DNA of 64,000 nucleotides from positions 101,062,001 through 101,126,000 of the forward strand of contig NW_024704743.1 in the NCBI RefSeq assembly GCF_018977255.1, given 5' to 3'. The notes beneath the pieces are model-generated. The model saw only the letters and a list, made by a program, of their open reading frames with translations, had not been told where the DNA came from and did not search any database. Positions 1 to 12,080 of the stretch are shown here, piece by piece; position 1 is the first letter of the stretch; each line of letters begins with the position of its first letter. The DNA is from Callorhinchus milii. Taxonomy: Eukaryota. The translations under genes and the position numbers were made by a program.

Positions 1-99
1 AATGGCATGTCTATCAGTAAGAGAGGCAGAATAAAGTACATGTTTCATAAAGCCTTTCAAGATAAGCAAAATCAGGCTATCTGCACACTGTTCTGGATA

Positions 100-500
100 C
101 TGTGACATCCTGCCTGGGCTCCAGAGGCAGTGCAGAGGAAAGTAACAAGGATGTTTCTCAGAGTTAAATGAATGGGCTGTGACAGCAGTGTCTCCAACTT
201 CTCGGTCTTGAAGAGAGACATATAAGATTTTACATTGAATGAGAAAGTAAAAAAAAATGACAACTTGCATTTATATTGCACTCTTCACGTGAGGTAGTGT
301 CTTGGATGTACCAAGACAGTAGAACAAGAGGCTACAGTTTTAGAGTTACTAAGGGCAATTAGAGGACAGACATCAGGAAATATTTCTTTAGCCAGAGGGT
401 AATTAATAATAAGAATGAGTTACCAGGAAGAGTGGTTGAAGCAGAACGCTGGACTCATTAAAAAAAAGATGTAGTTATGGGAGGATGGGTATTCTGGAAG
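100..500 (+). mobile_element. degraded CR1 LINE 3' fragment with a nested L2/SINE-type tail (~260-310, minus)
   Basis: gcagtgcagagg..aacaaggatg, agaacaagagg, ttctttagccagagggt..ttaccagg..gtggttgaagc match CR1 ORF2 C-terminus; boundaries approximate. Confidence 0.55.
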
Positions 501-2254
501 AATGAAGTTCCATTCCTCTCTTTACATTTGTGCTTATACAAATGATGTGCCTCAGAGTAAGATTAAGATGGGCTTAATCGTTGCAATTAAGTGTTTAAAA
601 GATATTAACTCAAGCTCTTCATTTTACAGTTCTGTACGTAATAGCTGTAACAAAAGTGGATTTGAATTTCACCATCAGCAGATGTAAAAACAAAGGCCTT
701 TTTAAAAAACCTTTCAAAGAAGTCATCTTAGTAAACATAAATATTGTGAGTAAATATTCTCAATTAGAAGTAAATATTCTCAAATTTGTGTACAGTACTA
801 AAGAATGGTCATTTGGCACAAATGTGATTCTCACATGTCTTCTAACCCCTCTCCCTTGTGCTGAGTACATCTGTAAAGAAAAAAACTCTCTTAACCCTTT
901 TCCATTCCTCATGTCTCTATTGAGAAATTGGAAAAAAACATCTGACTGGGTCTGTGAGTGATGCAAACTGTAAATTGAGGACAGGGAGCCGCTGTGTTTG
1001 CTGTGGTAGTATTTCTTCCAAACTAGCTTTGAGAACCATGCTCATGAATCACTACAATTGTACTGTCAAACACTCTGCTCGTTTTGTACGTGAATCACAC
1101 ACAATTATACATTACGTTCCTCATTTAGATGAGTGAAAGAATAAGCATTTTGCTGTGTGGTATCAAAGCTTGGAGCTTCATTTCAAGGTATTTGATCCTG
1201 AATTTGTGGATTTTTTTTGGAAGTTCAGTATAATATGTTTACATGCTGTTAAACGAATTAGTTGACTTAGTTGCAGCCAAACACGAATCTGCTGTTTTTG
1301 ATCAGCACAGACCAAAAAATGGATGTACAATACTTAACATCTATTATTTTCAAATTATTTGCTATTGCAAAGTACTAATCCACTGGAAAACTATTTATTT
1401 TGCGGGATGTTTGAAGTTGTCCAAAAGCGGACAAAAATAAACAAATGAATGTTACATGATTACAAAAACAATTTAATAAACTTTATTTTAAAAAGCAATC
1501 TTTAAGGATGGTGGTTTTTTTAGTCCCTTCAGACAATATTCCCCTGGTCCCATTACCTCAGTTCTGTTTTTATTTTTGCACGAAAAAGATTCTGAAGGCC
1601 AGATTATATTTCTCTTAATTCCCTCTTTTTCTGCACACAAAACAAATCCATATTTAATGCATAATTCCCTTCACAAACCTAAAAACCTAGATATCTGCTG
1701 ACCAAATTTCTGTCATCAATTTCTTCTGGGACCGGCAGTGGTCCTTTCTATGCTTTCTGATCGTGTTCCAAGGATTCAATACCTTTTTGTAGATACATTG
1801 CCCAGACTGGATTCAGTTCTCCCAATAATGGGTTTCTTTTTTGGTTCCAATACCAACATCTTTGGAAAATAATACTTTTAATACCGTACACACAGCCAGG
1901 ATAATTTCTTGGACTTGACATTAACTTACTATTTGCCTTAGCAAACATTACCATCCAGCAGTAACAGCAGTTTTAATATTGAGTGTATCATAGCCAACAT
2001 TAAACTCACAATTGCCCCTGACAGACTAGGTACTAGGAAGACCTGAATGACTGGTCACATGTCCATTCTTCCAGAATCCAGATGGTAATATTCTACGTGG
2101 ATGAGAATTTACATCATCTAATGTTTATGCTACTTTTCTTGTCTGCAGGAAGTTGTATTCACTGTTTGGAGTGAATATCATGGCCATTAATGTTTCAAAA
2201 TGCTTATTCTTTCACTCATCTAAATGAGGATGGCCATGTCAATCCAAATTGATA

Positions 2255-3345
2255 GTGGGAAGCCTTAAGACACAGTGTATTTAGACATCCAAAAGTACCA
2301 CATGAAAACATAAGACTCCTTCACGAGCAGAGGTCACTGGGTCTCGAGGGCAAAACATGGACATGCGTTGAAAATTGGTTGAATAGAAGGAAGCAGAGAT
2401 CCTTTGTTAGGGGAGCTGGGTGTGAACTTGGGGAGGTATTAGGCGGGTGCTTCAGAGATCAGAACTGGGACACTTCATGTTCCTTTGCAGATTCAATGCA
2501 AGGCAGTTAAATTTGCAGATAATAATAATAATAATCCTTGCATTTGATATAGCGCTTTTCACGTCGGGAGGACGTCCCAAAGCGCTTCACAGAACACACT
2601 GTAAAGTGAATTGACTGTATATTTGTGGGCGAACGTGGCAGCCAATTGTGCACAGCAATGTCCCACAAACAGTCGTTGATTGAAAATGACCAATTTATTA
2701 TTGTTTTTTGGAGGGATTATTATTAGGCATGTGAAGTAAGGAAACTTGCCCAAGGTTTCGTCCTGCCTGGAATTGAACTCAGGTCTCTCGCTTGCAAAGT
2801 CAGTGCTCTAACCACTGAGTTACAGGACTCCACAAAGATTACACCAAGTTGAGGGGACCCTGGAATCAGAGGAAGCAGCAAAGGACCTACAAAGAGAGTT
2901 TGATAGGTTATGCACATGGGCTCATGACTGGCAAATGAAATTCAATACAGATAAATGTAAGGTCCTATGGATTGGAAGTAAAAATAGGAAAGACACATAG
3001 GATACAACTTGCAAAAGTAGAAGCTGAAGGAGATCTGGGGGTGTGCATTGACTCATTCCTCACCATGTCAAACTAGTGTGAGGCAGCAATAAAGAAGGCA
3101 AGCAGGATGTTGGGCTATATTGCCAAATCAGTTGAGTTCAGATCCCAGAAGTTATACTCAAGGTATATTGTAGTATATCGTACTATATAATAGTATATAT
3201 AGTACGTACTATATAGTAGCATATATAGTATGTATATCGTACTACATAGCTTGAGTATGACTTCTGGGACTCACAATACTTTAGATAGTTTTGGTCACCA
3301 CGGCATAACAGGCTGTCCAGAACCTTGATGTAGTGCAGAGGAGAG
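2255..3345 (+). mobile_element. degraded CR1 RT fragment interrupted by a SINE and a fold-back insertion
   Basis: aaatttgcagat..acaccaagttg (KFADDTKL), tggcaaatgaaattcaatacagataaatgtaagg (WQMKFNTDKCK), gatctgggggtg (DLGV). Confidence 0.75.
2521..2831 (-). mobile_element. tRNA-derived SINE, short (internally deleted) subfamily, full length
   Basis: Head ggagtcctgtaactcagtggttagagc with A/B-box-like motifs, ccttgggcaag core, L2-like stem-loop tail, (ATT)n. Confidence 0.85.
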
Positions 3346-3703
3346 CAAATGCTTGATGTAAATCCATATCAACCTTTGATTATTCTCAGAGAGTAAACTA
3401 CTTTTTTTTATTTTGGGTAAGGTAATAAATGTTATTTAAATTATTATTGATCAATTTCTACTTCGGCTCAGATAAAGGAGTGTTATTTAAAGCACAATTG
3501 ATTTCAGTTGGGCATTTTGTCATTTTCCTCCTAGTTTTATGGCTGCAATAAAACCTTGGTTATTTTCAAGCCTCTTCAGTTAGTGTGAGAGAATTTTCCT
3601 TGACTTAATCGAAATTTCATAAAAAGTCTCATGTTCCACATACCCCCCCAAAATTCTAAATAGTTCCCAAGTCTTTCTTTTTCAGTTTATTAATCAAAAT
3701 ACT

Positions 3704-4272
3704 AATAATAATCCTTGCATTTGGTATAAGGCCGGTCACTTCAGGAAGGCATCTCAAAGGGCTTCACAGGATATACAACTTGGATTTATATAGTGCGCTC
3801 CACGCCAGACGGAGTCCCAGGGCCGAGCCAGGGGGAGGGGGAGGAAGGTGACCAAAGGCGCGATCGAAAAGATCAATTTCTACTTTGGCTCAGATAAAGG
3901 AGTGTTATTTAAAGCACAATTGATTTCAGTTGGGCATTTATACTGTAAAGTGCATTGATTGTGCATTTTATACGTGAATGCTGCATCTTATTTGTGCATA
4001 GCAACGCCCCACAAACAGCCATGACATGAATGACCAGTTTTATTGGCTCTCTTCTTTTTCTCAAAAAGCGCCATAGGATCTTTAATGTCCACCTGAACAA
4101 GTAGACGAGACCTCGGTTTAACATCTCATCTGAAGAACGGCAATTCCAACAATTCAGTGCACCCCGAGCAATACACTGCAGTGTCAGCCTAGACTACGTG
4201 CGTTGAAAGGCCCGATACAGGGCTTGAACCCACAACCTTCTGACTGAGATGCTATCAACTGAGTTAGGCTGA
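3704..4272 (-). mobile_element. Deu-domain SINE (SacSINE1/AmnSINE-like) with a nested L2 3' end (3777-3870)
   Basis: Head gtcagcctaactcagttg; Deu-type body aggtggacattaaagatcctatggcgct; tail gcaaggattattatt. Confidence 0.8.
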
Positions 4273-6069
4273 CAAACTTTGTTTGCAAGAGTGGCTCTGC
4301 CTTGAAGAAAAGCATTTGGAAAACTTTTTCTTGAGAGAGAAACAGTCTCATGATTATCCTGAATTACTGTCATTTATCTATTTACTAATCCATCCATCTC
4401 TACTTGCGATCATCAATCTGAAAATATTACATTGGATTATTTTTTAACCACTTGTTACATTGCAATAAAAAATTCTAAATATTCTAATTGCTTTTATCAT
4501 CCACAGGTAGAGACATTGTAGATGATAAATAATAGAAGTGAGGTTCATTGAATTATTCATCAAATTCACTAAAGCTGTATTGAAGTAGATAGATCATTTT
4601 CTTTTTCCAAATGAGGTTGTTATTGCTGGCATTGACGGCTTCATTACATGAAGAATAGCTCGGTGAATAAAGCACATTAATTCAATTCCAATGTAAAAAG
4701 CACTATTTGCTGTGACCATGAATACTTACCCCTATGTTGGTAAACCCAAGAGACAGAGGAAAGTTGCAAATTTCTACAGTTTACAGTTTCAATTAAATAT
4801 TTATCACTGCTTCGAATTATATTTTTAAGTGCTATTCGCTACTGCACAAACTCAACCTCAACAACAATTCATATTCACAAAGCACCTTTCATGGTCAGAA
4901 GGATGTCTCAAAGTGCTTCATACAGCTGACAGGAAACCCATGCCAGAGTGGGGGTAGGGGGCGAGATGGCAAAAAGTTTAGCCAATCATATAGTTCCTAA
5001 GGCGGGTTTTGAAGGGAGGGACAGATGAGCAAACATAAAGGGTTTTAAATGTGACAGAAAAATAATCTGTATTCAAATTTTCCAAAACCCAGTTGTCCAT
5101 TGCCATTGTGGTTACAAATTATAAACATTTACCCATTCTAAAAAAAATTACAAAGATCTTTCAGCTCTAACAGTTAATATATCTTTTCCAATTCTTTTGT
5201 ACTTTTTAAATCTACATTTTTCTTGTTTTTGATAGACACTTCATATCCATATTGTGTGTGAATGCACTAATACTGTATCTACATCTATGGTTTTAATTAA
5301 TGTAATTGTGTTTTTAAAAAAATGTATAAAGCAATACATATTTTCAACTGTAAATGAAAAACGGCGCAAAGGATTGGAATACACAATCATGCTCACTCCA
5401 CAAGGCAGAAAAGATTACCATAGCAACAGCAATGGTAGTTGTGCAATCAATTCAGCAGCTTCAAATGAAATACTCTCCACTGTGTAGTTCAAGAACAGAA
5501 TGAATACTTAGTCCTTCAGTTTGAAGTGAAGAATATAAGCGCATCACGTTGAAATGATTGTTATCCCATTTTGAGAATTAATCAATCTGTACATTTTCTT
5601 CCATCTTCAATTCAATCATCTGAAACCAAATCTCTGGGTTCACATATAAATGATGCCCCAGAGTTTATAGAATGAATGTTTAGCTTCATAATGGACCATA
5701 ATAAAGCATTCTGTGCTAATTTGAAGCTCTAGAATAGGCCATAAATAATTGTGTCATATCTAATAATAGCCGTTTAGATAAAGAACACAAAGAATTGCAG
5801 GAAAGTAGATGGTTCTTAAAACCATGTGGGTCATGATGAGTTAAGTTTATTATGCCAATATTTCTTGCTGTTAACAGTATGAATGTGGCATCACAATTCC
5901 AGCAAAGAGCAGCCAAATATCACTCTCATTTACCCATTGATTCTCCAATGAGACCACAATAGTTTAGTTTGATGTTGGAGTAGTACTGTGGCAAAGAGCC
6001 CCCAAAACCAACAAGTATCTCAACATTACTGCACCCAATCGTTCACATTGAAGAATGGCTCCAGCTACT

Positions 6070-6350
6070 TCACAAGATCGGTTTCGACAAAGACGGCCCT
6101 TCAGCCTATCTGACCTCATCCTTCCAGAACACCCATGCTTCCATCACCCCTGTCCCCCACCCCATCAAGTTGCTTTTTAAATAAGTCCAGGCTCCTAGGT
6201 CTCCGCCAATATTCCTGGAAATATGTTCCAGTCATTAATTACCCTCTATCTAAAGAAAAACTTTCAGATATCTGTTCTGAAAGTGTCCTTTACAACTCTA
6301 AACCTATGTACTTTTGTTTCTTAATAGTATGAATCTGCACTAGCCCATTC
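6070..6350 (-). mobile_element. CR1 3' fragment
   Basis: gacggcccttcagcctatctgacctcatccttccag and ttaccctctatctaaagaaaaact typical of antisense CR1 3' end; boundaries approximate. Confidence 0.55.
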
Positions 6351-6501
6351 ACCATCCTCTGGCCAACAGATTCACTCTGCTAAGTAGATGTGCAGTCAAA
6401 AGAAGTAGGTTGTATCCAAATCTACCCATTCCCCCTGGTATCACAGTCACTTCCGCTCCCTCAACACAAACCTGGACACTTGAGCGCAGATGGCACAAAT
6501 C

Positions 6502-6805
6502 CCAGGCAGGGCGAAACGTTGGGCAAGTTTTCTTACTCTACAAGACTCTGTTTACCTAGCAGTAAGTAGGAACCCAGTTGTTAGTCAAATGGCGGATCGC
6601 TTTTCCGGAGGTAATAATTCCTTCAAAAAAAAATTGGTCACTCAATCCACAACTGTTTGTAGGACACTGCTGTGCGCAATTGGCTGCTGCGTTTCGCCAA
6701 CAAAATATATAGTCAATTCACGTTACAGTATATTCTGTGAAGCGCTTTGAGATGTCTCAAAGACGTGATAAGGCGCTATATCAAATGCAAGGATTATTAT
6801 TATTA
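6502..6805 (+). mobile_element. tRNA-SINE long subfamily, 5'-truncated; possible TSD aaatcc
   Basis: Colinear with 23407-23780 from aggcagggcgaaac to ggattattattatta. Confidence 0.85.
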
Positions 6806-7119
6806 CTAAATCCAACCTCACAATCCACCAGCAACTGTGGCTCGAGGAAAAAAATTTCTATTTGAAATGCACTGTTCTCTACCGTCCATCACCTCCTCTA
6901 TACCACCCACCACCCCCAACCCCCAGACTCCTAGGATCTCTAGAACACTTCTTGTGTCAAAGATTGAAGATCCGCTTGGCTGCATCCTCCTCCCCAATGT
7001 TTCCTTCCTCACCCCCCAGGCAGTCAACACCACCATTCCGTGCGCCACTGCCCCTATCAATCCCCCCTCTCTTTACTCCTTTTCCCCAATTACTCCCCCC
7101 TCCCTCTCAACCACAATCT

Positions 7120-7314
7120 CCCAGATGGCCGCGTTTTCGGCCACTACGGCCGCTAACTCTGGAACACTCTTCCTCTATCCCTCCGCCTTGCCCATTCCTT
7201 CCCCAACTTCAGGTTACGCCTGAAGACCTTCCTCCTCGACCGTGCCTATGGTCACCTCCCCCCTCCCTGGCAATGCCAAGCGCTCTGGGACACTACCTTA
7301 AGTTGTTGTTGTTG
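7120..7314 (+). mobile_element. L2 LINE 3' end
   Basis: ctctggaac..ctgaagaccttcctcctcgaccgtgcctat (LWN..LKTFLLDRAY), (TTG)n tail. Confidence 0.7.
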
Positions 7315-7835
7315 GAGGCCTCCAGTTTGTTCTAAACTCAGATCAATACACATGCAAAATTGCACATGCATATCTACTTATGGGAAGTGTTCTTCAGTCG
7401 ATCATCCTCTACCTTTAAAATTAGTTACAAGGCAAAGTTTCTGATCAATTGAATTTGAGCAAATGAAACTAACATTAATTATAGATATAAGACACATTAT
7501 CCTGCACAAAAAGCTACAGATTAGTGTCAGCCACTGTAGAGAACTTAAAAGGCTGCTACAATTTTTGAACGTGTTAAAAGATGGTAATCTCCATACTTTT
7601 ACCATCTGTATACCACTTGCTCAGTAGTGTTTCATCCCAGCAAATAAAGTACATGCATATAGTTATTATTGTACCAATGGATTCAGACCCTGGATTTAAA
7701 TGATGAGGAAAGCTACATTTTAGGTTGTGGCACAAGTGTATTAGAATAATTCAATAATTCTAATATAGCAATTTATATTAATTGTTTAGTAGTTTCTTTG
7801 GTTCACGAAAGAAAATAACTTCAGAAAGGCATTAC

Positions 7836-7912
7836 CTTTGATTAGTAGACTATGCAGGTCAATATCATCCTCTTCCTCCTTCATTTTCAGATACTTAGCC
7901 GCCCGTGATATC
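7836..7912 (-). CDS. L3MBTL4: exon M (RISRAAKYLKMKEEEDDIDLHSLLIK)
   Basis: cttctaactag| ... AAG|gtaatg; 77 nt, phase 2-1, in frame with exon L; resembles human L3MBTL4 AKCLKIKGKEDIDLDNL as recalled. Confidence 0.8.
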
Positions 7913-8074
7913 CTAGTTAGAAGAGGATAAGATCCAGTCTGAATAATTTGTGAAGTGGAACCAAGTCAAAAATACCAGCAGTAATTTGAGTTAACAGCAT
8001 GAGGCAAAAAGTAATGAAGTTGGAGATCCTGAACTGTAGTTCCTCTAGCTTCATAATGGTACAAACATAATTTC

Positions 8075-8245
8075 CAGTGCCTTGGGACGTCCTCCTGACC
8101 TGAAAGGCGCTATACAAACGTAATTTGTTGTTGTTAATAATAATAATCCTTGCACTTGATATAGCGCCTTATCATGTCTTCGAGACGTCTCAAAGATTCA
8201 CAGAATATACTGCAAAGTGAATTGACTTGTATATTTTTGTGAGCA
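8075..8245. mobile_element. L2 tail (+, 8075-8134) abutting a SINE 3' end (-, 8135-8245), tail to tail
   Basis: gccttgggacgtcctcctgacctgaaaggcgct..ttgttgttgtt followed directly by aataataataatccttgcac. Confidence 0.75.
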
Positions 8246-9334
8246 AAAAAAACTTTGGTTAAGTAGTATTGATGTCCCAGTAATGCTGCAGGAACATGTT
8301 TCAGACTGCTGCCCACAAACCATCTGCACTGAGTTCCACTGCCATCTATGTATTGCCCTGAAACGGTTGTTCCTTTGAATATTCCTTCAATAAGTTAAGG
8401 AGTACTTTAAGAAATACCACCAATTTTATTCCATGAAATCATGATTTAGATATGTCAGGTACAGGTGCAAGTGTAACAGTTGTGATGCTGACAATCACTT
8501 GTATTTTTCACAAAGTTACGACAAGTAATGAACGGTCATATTCATGTTCTGAAGAAGCACGATTCCCATATGGAAAGGAGTCCGTTCTCCATGGATATAA
8601 TATATACATGACAACGCCTGTATTTACCAACCTGGAATGGTTTGAAAGCTTTAAAGGTGTGGGCTCTCAGTCTTCAAAATAATTACTATCTGAAAAGCGT
8701 TGCCTTCCGGCATGTGACATAAAAACATCAACCTGAATACTTCAAAATATCATGCATAAAGGAAGGTGGCAAGAACAGGGGCACAAATCAGTCACTGAGA
8801 AGAACCTATGTATTTGATGCAAATTCAAAACCAGGGAACTGTCCAAGTGACCAGAGTTTAGTCTGATCAGTGTGGGCTCCAGCAGATCACTTTCTGAGAC
8901 ACCATTGATGGAAAAAAAAACATGCGCAGAAACTTTGCACACCAAACTACGAATAAAGCTTAAAGATACTGAACAACAATCCAAAGAAAACTCCTCTTAG
9001 CCAAGTGCAAGGTAGCAGAGGCATAACAAGTCCCCAGGGGGCCCTGATGCGAGATCTGGACCAAGAGCAGCTGTGTTCATAAGTTAATAAGTGCTTGCTA
9101 AGTATTTTGGGTGTTTGTAATTGTCAGGGCAACCTTAATATAAATGTAATTATAATGCAAGTATAATATTAATATTTAAATTATTTCTAAAGGCTCAGAA
9201 AACATCATTTTTAAAATCACAGCGGCAGATTTCTACAGCCAATTTATAAATGTTGTGCCTTCTAGAAAGGGTCATCTATTCAATGATAAATGCTTCAGTG
9301 AAGCTATCTGGCTATAAACGGTGCTTTTTCTTTG

Positions 9335-9717
9335 CTTATCCCCCTACTATTCCCCTACCTACCTGCCCGTACCCTCCGTTCCTCTGGCTCTGGTCTGCTC
9401 CACATTCCCGCCCCAACCGCCCTACCATCGGTGGCCGGGCCTTCAGCCTCTCAGCCCCGAGGCTCTGGAACTCTATCCCCCAGTGCCTTCGCCTTGCCTC
9501 CTCCCTTTCCTCCTTCAAGGCCGGTCTCAAGACCTTTCTCTTTGACCGTGCCTTCAGCTCCCCTCTCGACTCTCTACCCCCTCCTCGCTCCCTCCCTTCC
9601 CTCCCCTCACCCTGACCATTTCCCCCCTGCTCGGGTCCTGACCTAACTGTACAGCGCCTTGGGACGTCCTCCCGACGTGAAAGGCGCTCAATAAATGGAA
9701 TCTTGTTGTTGTTGTTG
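9335..9717 (+). mobile_element. L2 LINE 3' fragment (ORF2 C-terminus, 3' UTR, (TTG)n tail)
   Basis: Translation GGRAFSLSAPRLWNSIPQCLRLASSLSSFKAGLKTFLFDRAF; 3' stem-loop; sibling copies at 57863 and 59043. Confidence 0.9.
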
Positions 9718-9860
9718 TATATGGTTATTAAAGGCATCAGTCTGCAATCCAACAATATCCTTTACGTTTTATTGACTGCATCAACATGAATCGACTCCCA
9801 TCAATACAATCTATCTCCTTACATCTTATGCTTACTCATCACGTTAATCTATCTGCTCAC

Positions 9861-10058
9861 CTTCCTTGATGCTTCGTCTTTCTGCCCTGTGCAAACATTA
9901 ACATTGAGTTATTTTCTTGAGGCCCTTCATCATCCTGTGGCTCTAGTTTGATCTTAATCTGATTTTGTTCTGCGAGGGGACAACCAGAGGGCCGGTGGTG
10001 GCCATTATACTTCCCAGTTATGTGACCAGATCCATTGCATCCAGGAGTGGGGCATTTT
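9861..10058 (-). CDS. L3MBTL4: exon L, complete CCHHC finger 2 ([66 protein letters not shown])
   Basis: ttattgtag| ... AG|gtgagc; 198 nt, symmetric phase 2-2; C-x4-C-x4-H-x7-H-x5-C spacing. Confidence 0.93.
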
Positions 10059-11459
10059 CTACAATAATAAACACAAGGAAAGACATCGATAAGACTTTGG
10101 TTACTTTCTAACAAGACATGTTCTTACATTTTTAATTTGTCTACTTTCTTTTAAAGCAAAAAAAAGGTTTGCTTCAGTTTTCTGTTGTAACTTCATTTTA
10201 TGGCTCCATTTTATCGTGATCCTCTTAATTTTTTTCAGATTGTTTCTGAATCTGAATACAATGTCCTCCCTATTCTTCCTCCTTTCTGCCTCCTCACTTT
10301 TTTTTGAAATTGAGACTTGGGAAAATATGCAAGAGTGTTTTGACGGTACAAGTTTTTTTTTTCTCCTTCAAATGGGATTCCTTAATTCAGAAAAATGCGG
10401 GAGGACTCCTGGGAATCTTGAAAATATGTCAGAGACATCACCTGACTCATGGGAACTTCATCCCAAACACAGAGTTTCCATGAGTAGTCATGACATAGTC
10501 AGGGAATTATTAGTTAAGGAAGTCTCTTTGAAATTGCTACATTTTATTTCCCAATACATGCTAGAGTTTTCTGGCTACATTTGGTAAAGTATCACAAGTT
10601 GAATTATTTATAATGAATGATCTGGGCTCAGGATGTGCTCTCACCAGTTCTAACAAATAGCATTAAACTTCACAAGTATATAATCTGAACCCAAATCCAC
10701 AGACTTCCATGTAATAAAGCACTCTTCTTCATTATTAATATTAGCTAATGATTCACTCCTATGTGCAAGTTTCTGCTTACTGCAGTAACATATCAGGCTC
10801 CCTTTCAACATCAAAGTATTAGTACAAATAGTTTGTGGAAACTTGGACAACAAACAGTTTGCAATTGCAAACCTTTTTCTTAATTTCAAGTAAACATGTG
10901 TGTAGAGAAATTCAAACCTTAATAAGATTAAGGACTGATAGGAATTACTAAAGCCTCATTCTTCATGAATTTGTAAAATAAAATATTACAGTAGTTGCAT
11001 TCCATTCAGATGGATATCTCATTTAAAGCTAAATATTATAATAGTTACTTGGTCCACACAGGAGCTTTCAGAAGTCTTCAAATGGTATTCAGATTTATGT
11101 ATATTACATTATTTGTCATTTTCTGTCATTTAAACACACAACATACAATAATGTTGCAAAAGCACTCAAACGATAAACTGCATCTTAAATGGCGTCTCAA
11201 ACTGGAAAAAGCACCTGGGACTTAAAGTGCCTCTCGTACAGGTAACCCATACAATGGCATGCTTAACAGCAAGACCTCAGCTCTGACCCAAGATTGCCTC
11301 AAAGCAGGGTCTTGAGAGTCAGCATGACATGCATGATTCTCTGAAAGCAATACATTTTACATAAAATGACCAGTCCTAAATGAACCATAGGAAACATCAC
11401 AAGGTATCTAAGGCCATTGTATATTGTACTGGTTCTTAAAAAGAACAAGTTATTCAGTG

Positions 11460-11790
11460 CAATTTACCTGTTTTTTTCCCTGTGCAGGTTATAACATTTA
11501 GATATCTATCTAGTTTCCTCTTGAAAGCTAATATGGACCTTGCCTCGATAATCACAACTGACAGGACATTGTACATCCTGATAACACTGTTTAAAATAAA
11601 TTCCTCCCAATTGCCTCCTTTAATAATTATCTTAAATTGATGCCCTCTGGGCACTGACCAGTAAAAAGAATATCCCCCTACTGACTATCAAAACCCCACA
11701 TACTTTTAAAGACCTTGATAAGGTCTCCACTCAACCTTCTCTATTCCGATGAAAAGACCGCAGGTCCTCTAGTCTCCAGAACTTCAATGA
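11460..11790 (-). mobile_element. degraded CR1 3' fragment
   Basis: Minus-strand translation RGHQFKI..IRMYNVL..VIIEARSILAFKRKLDRYL. Confidence 0.7.
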
Positions 11791-11906
11791 AATTCATTTC
11801 TTTAGCCATGTATTCCCCTCCCCAAAAGGAAATATGAGATTTCTACCAGAGGGGAATGTTAAGAGTGCTTCTTGGCTTAAAAGAACATCTTTAAGGAGGA
11901 ACTTAC

Positions 11907-12080
11907 CTTGTCTCATTAACACACCCCTCTGGCTTTCCACCTAAGTCGTTACTATCCAGCCGTTTAGTTCCTGGGGGGAAAGGGATTGGTACCAAAGCCA
12001 TCTGTTTCTCTCCTCCCAGTCGGTCCTGAAGTGTCAATTCTTTCTTCATGTTGATTTCTGAATAAGGGCAGCCAAAGGCA
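11907..12080 (-). CDS. L3MBTL4: exon K, end of finger 1 + linker (SAFGCPYSEINMKKELTLQDRLGGEKQMALVPIPFPPGTKRLDSNDLGGKPEGCVNET)
   Basis: cttaaaacag| ... AAG|gtaagt; 174 nt, symmetric phase 2-2; supplies the final Cys (GCP) of finger 1. Confidence 0.92.

Noticed and set aside
1118..2230. 1.1-kb DNA transposon bounded by 35-bp TIRs
   Set aside because: No TSD outside the arms, no transposase remnant, and the right arm alone is bracketed by its own duplication.
6818..7335. 128-157 aa Pro/Ser-rich ORFs
   Set aside because: Low-complexity translations of a C-rich, L2-associated region; no domain or gene support.
1..7835. Search for the next exon (LHQSVxMS..WEQH, pre-SAM) and the SAM exons
   Set aside because: No matching minus-strand peptide with a phase-1 acceptor found by eye. 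An FMSM string near 1035-1047 is preceded by a stop and is out of phase. These exons probably lie left of the window.
8640..8732. Possible extra exon reading VDVFMSHAGRQ on the minus strand
   Set aside because: Wrong phase relative to exon L, quickly hits stops, and has no homology to the family.
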